Source of the DNA: Phyllobates terribilis
Lineage: Eukaryota
Reading direction: 5' to 3'
NCBI RefSeq assembly: GCF_046119375.1
Contig: NW_027362769.1
Location: 132,680,001 to 132,744,000, forward strand
DNA length: 64,000 nt
Shown: one piece after another, positions 61,501 through 64,000 of the stretch
Layout: each line of letters begins with the position of its first letter
Numbering within the stretch: position 1 is the stretch's first letter
The notes under the pieces: generated by a model
Database searches by the model: none
What the model saw: the letters and a program-made list of their open reading frames with translations, nothing else
Told to the model about the DNA's origin: nothing
Program-made: the position numbers and the translations under genes

Positions 61501-62731
61501 TTTCGGCACAATCATCAAACTTTGAGAGACTGATGTTTATTAACTAGCTGCGAATCATATATCTGGCGAATTCAGACATGTCCGACCTCCCGGTCATAGT
61601 TGCAGGATTAACTTGTGGTATCCCTGGGGAATGTAAGTTCTCTGGCTTATAAGACTGAGATGGATCAGGACGGAATGATGTGGCATGAGGGTTAAGTTGT
61701 GGTTTAGTCTCTATAGGGTCTGCTGGCTGCGGCCTAAATTGTGGGCTAGTGCTGGAAGTTACCTTGTCGGCAGTAGGTGGCGACATTTCTTGGCTTACGG
61801 GTGCATCCGTTGAATGGATTGGAGGTGGCGCTGGTACAGATGGTAAATGTTTTAGCACATAGTCTGTAGTGCGATCAGCTGGGTCCTCCATTTCTCCTGG
61901 AATAAAGCAGTCCATATCAGCATCTTGACCTAGTGCTTGTTCAAGGACCTTCAGTTTAGTGAGGGCTGCTGCTTCTTCCCTTTCTGCTTGGAGTATTTTT
62001 AATTGAGTTTCCATCTCAGCTTCCTGCTTTTTTAATTGGGCTCCCATCTCAGCTTCCTGCTTTTTTAATTGGGCTCCCATCTCAGCTTCCTGCTTTTTTA
62101 ATTGGGCTTCTACTTCAGCCTCCTTCCTAGCAAAGGAGCTTCTTACTCTAGCTTCCTCTGCAGATGCACGGATTTCCAGTATCTTGTCAGACAATGTTGA
62201 CTTCCTGGACTGAGATGATCTGGAAGACCGAGATGTGTTTTTGGTCGAGGTTGTACGATGTGACCTAACCGCTTGGAGGTGTGCGATGCGGAGTTCTGCC
62301 TTTACCTGGGCATCTCGCACTAATACGGTCTTTTCTTGGAGAAGAGTCTCCCTTTCAGCCAGCTCTGCTGGGGCATCATCCATATCACAGTTACTCAGGA
62401 ATGCAATGTACTTAACAGACAGTCTCTGGTAGTGATCATAGGCGGCAGATAAACTCTTCAATTTGGCAGTTAAATCTGCTGCGTCATTGTTAGCACATGG
62501 AAGAACTGCTAAATAATGATCAACTCAGCCCCATAAATGATCTATGTTATCATGGAGCTCATCTCTGGTTGTCTCCAGGTTCTCTCTGACCTTTTGTGTT
62601 GGCTTGGTTACACGTTTGGGTCGTACATCCTACTCTGCAGTAAGTGTGGACTCTGCTCCTGGAGCATCTGTGGTGTCAGGAACATGATGTGCTTCTCCCA
62701 CAGAGGGATCCACTGTGCCCTTTGTAGACAT
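58590..62731 (-). pseudogene. BEL gag, protease and RT, with stops and frameshifts
   Basis: ATG at about 62731; coiled-coil N-terminus with tandem repeats; CSIHKRPHPLKEC, CYKCCASSDHLAKDC and CTECSSDKH knuckles; AIKDEQSNRS protease motif; RVVFDSS, TADIEQMF, HVFGNSPSP, YVDDGL; SLYDPLG. Confidence 0.92.
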
Positions 62732-62817
62732 ACTTTAGCTAAGATGATGGACGATCATAGACTTGCTAGCAGACATGCATATGCACGCAGATACTGAAGA
62801 CTTAGGTCTCTTGTTAC

Positions 62818-63335
62818 TATTCTGCCACCGATGTACGTGGGGCAAGATGTGTCTGAGGGATGTGACACGGATGTCTGTATAAGCAGTGGCGGATAGCGTC
62901 AACTCACTGACCTGCGCTCCTGTTCCTCATGAACTGCACATGGTAATCCGGAATGATGATGCAGTGATGAATTCAACAGATTTATTTACAGTTCTTGATG
63001 AGGTGAGATGAGGGAAAGTGAAGGATGAGGAAAGGGGAGGAATTGTAGATATTAGAAGCGCCAGGTAAAGTGGTAACAAGAGAATCCTTTCTCCAGTCCT
63101 GCAGCATGTGTAGTCAAGATGGATGTGATGAAGAAGAAGGAAGTGAGGAGCAGGAGATAGGAGGAGTTACAGACCGAAAGGTGTTGTGGGTAAAACACAG
63201 GAATAATACATGTTATAACATATTATAACAATGGCCAGTAGATGGCAGCAAAGTACAACAATACAATAATCATGTAACATTAGGTAATGCCCAAAATGGC
63301 TGAAAGTCTTTTCAAACAAAGAGCTGGACAGCACA
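62818..63335 (-). repeat. BEL 5' LTR
   Basis: Direct repeat of 47490-48007, followed by TSD AGCTT. Confidence 0.95.
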
Positions 63336-64000
63336 AGCTTCTTTGAGCTCCCAGATGTGCACACAGTAAACAGAGCCAAAAAAGCACAGCTCCATGACTG
63401 CAGTATTGTAGAGGCTTCCCTCCGACTGTCCCCTTACTACCACCCAACCATTTCACATCACCAACACCCTCCCACGGTCCCGAGCCAGTAAACACTCATA
63501 CTACCTTTCTTTGGATTAATTGGCCAAATTGGCCTTTTATTATACAAACACTACAACAACAATGACTTGTCAGTAAAGAGGTTGTAGGATCTCTGAAACC
63601 TGGTGGAAACGAATGAATAATAATGAACCATCTAGCATTACTCCCAGCCGCAACCACAGGCTTGAGGGCATCTTTGTTGCTGGAAAACCTTTTCCATAAC
63701 GCCGACTCCAAGGGATTCTACCCTGAAGAATCCCAAAATCCGCCAGGTAATTAACCAAAATCCAAACATAAAGGGGAGGTTATCATCTTATACAACCCCC
63801 CACACAATTTTGCCACCAACTCCAAGAACCCCCTCACCACCCCTCGCCGAAATGACCCAATGACACGTCCCTGCACCTATTTCCAAAACTGAACTTTACT
63901 TGAACCCCCAAATGAAAGGGCGGTACCTTTACTCTTGGTGCCTTGTGCCAATTAATAGCCCTTACTTCTCTCAGATAATATATAGGCCTGCTCTAGTGTC

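Larger units (their letters stand above)
47490..63335 (-). mobile_element. Full-length BEL/Pao LTR retrotransposon with two nested LTR insertions
   Basis: 518-bp LTRs (47490-48007, 62818-63335; 12 substitutions by eye), 5-bp TSD AGCTT, PPT at 48008-48017, BEL-type gag-pol on the minus strand. Confidence 0.96.

Noticed and set aside
63500-63900. Possible LINE 3' remnant on the minus strand
   Set aside because: No diagnostic motif could be read with confidence.

Overview
Eukaryotic non-genic DNA made almost entirely of nested transposable elements. The repeat repertoire suggests a vertebrate, probably an anuran amphibian (inference only). I find no host exon, rRNA, tRNA gene or CRISPR array. 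Main components, left to right: (1) a 17-bp-based minisatellite (4.8-8.3 kb, resuming at 15.4 kb). (2) Inserted in it, a 7.1-kb non-autonomous LTR element (8309-15401, minus, 4-bp TSD CAGC, tRNA-Ser-type PBS). Its only ORF, rebuilt by removing a nested solo LTR, is about 383 codons and ends in a cold-shock domain; it has no gag or pol. (3) An old, degraded chromodomain Ty3/Gypsy element (about 19.5-26.7 kb) interrupted by a Tc1 transposon and MITEs. (4) Many MITEs, a tRNA-derived SINE and a second Tc1. (5) A near-intact sushi-type chromovirus (40207-46324, TSD ATTTC). (6) A full-length BEL/Pao element (47490-63335, TSD AGCTT) carrying two nested non-autonomous LTR elements. One of these is very young (48846-53458) and has an intact 691-aa ORF of gag N-terminal domain plus acidic 57-aa repeats. 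The other (55094-58589) shares its cis-signals with the cold-shock-domain element. The best candidates for something undescribed are the cold-shock-domain LTR element and the gag-NTD/acidic-repeat element. All alignments, counts and domain calls were made by eye, and coordinates marked approximate may be off by tens of bases.
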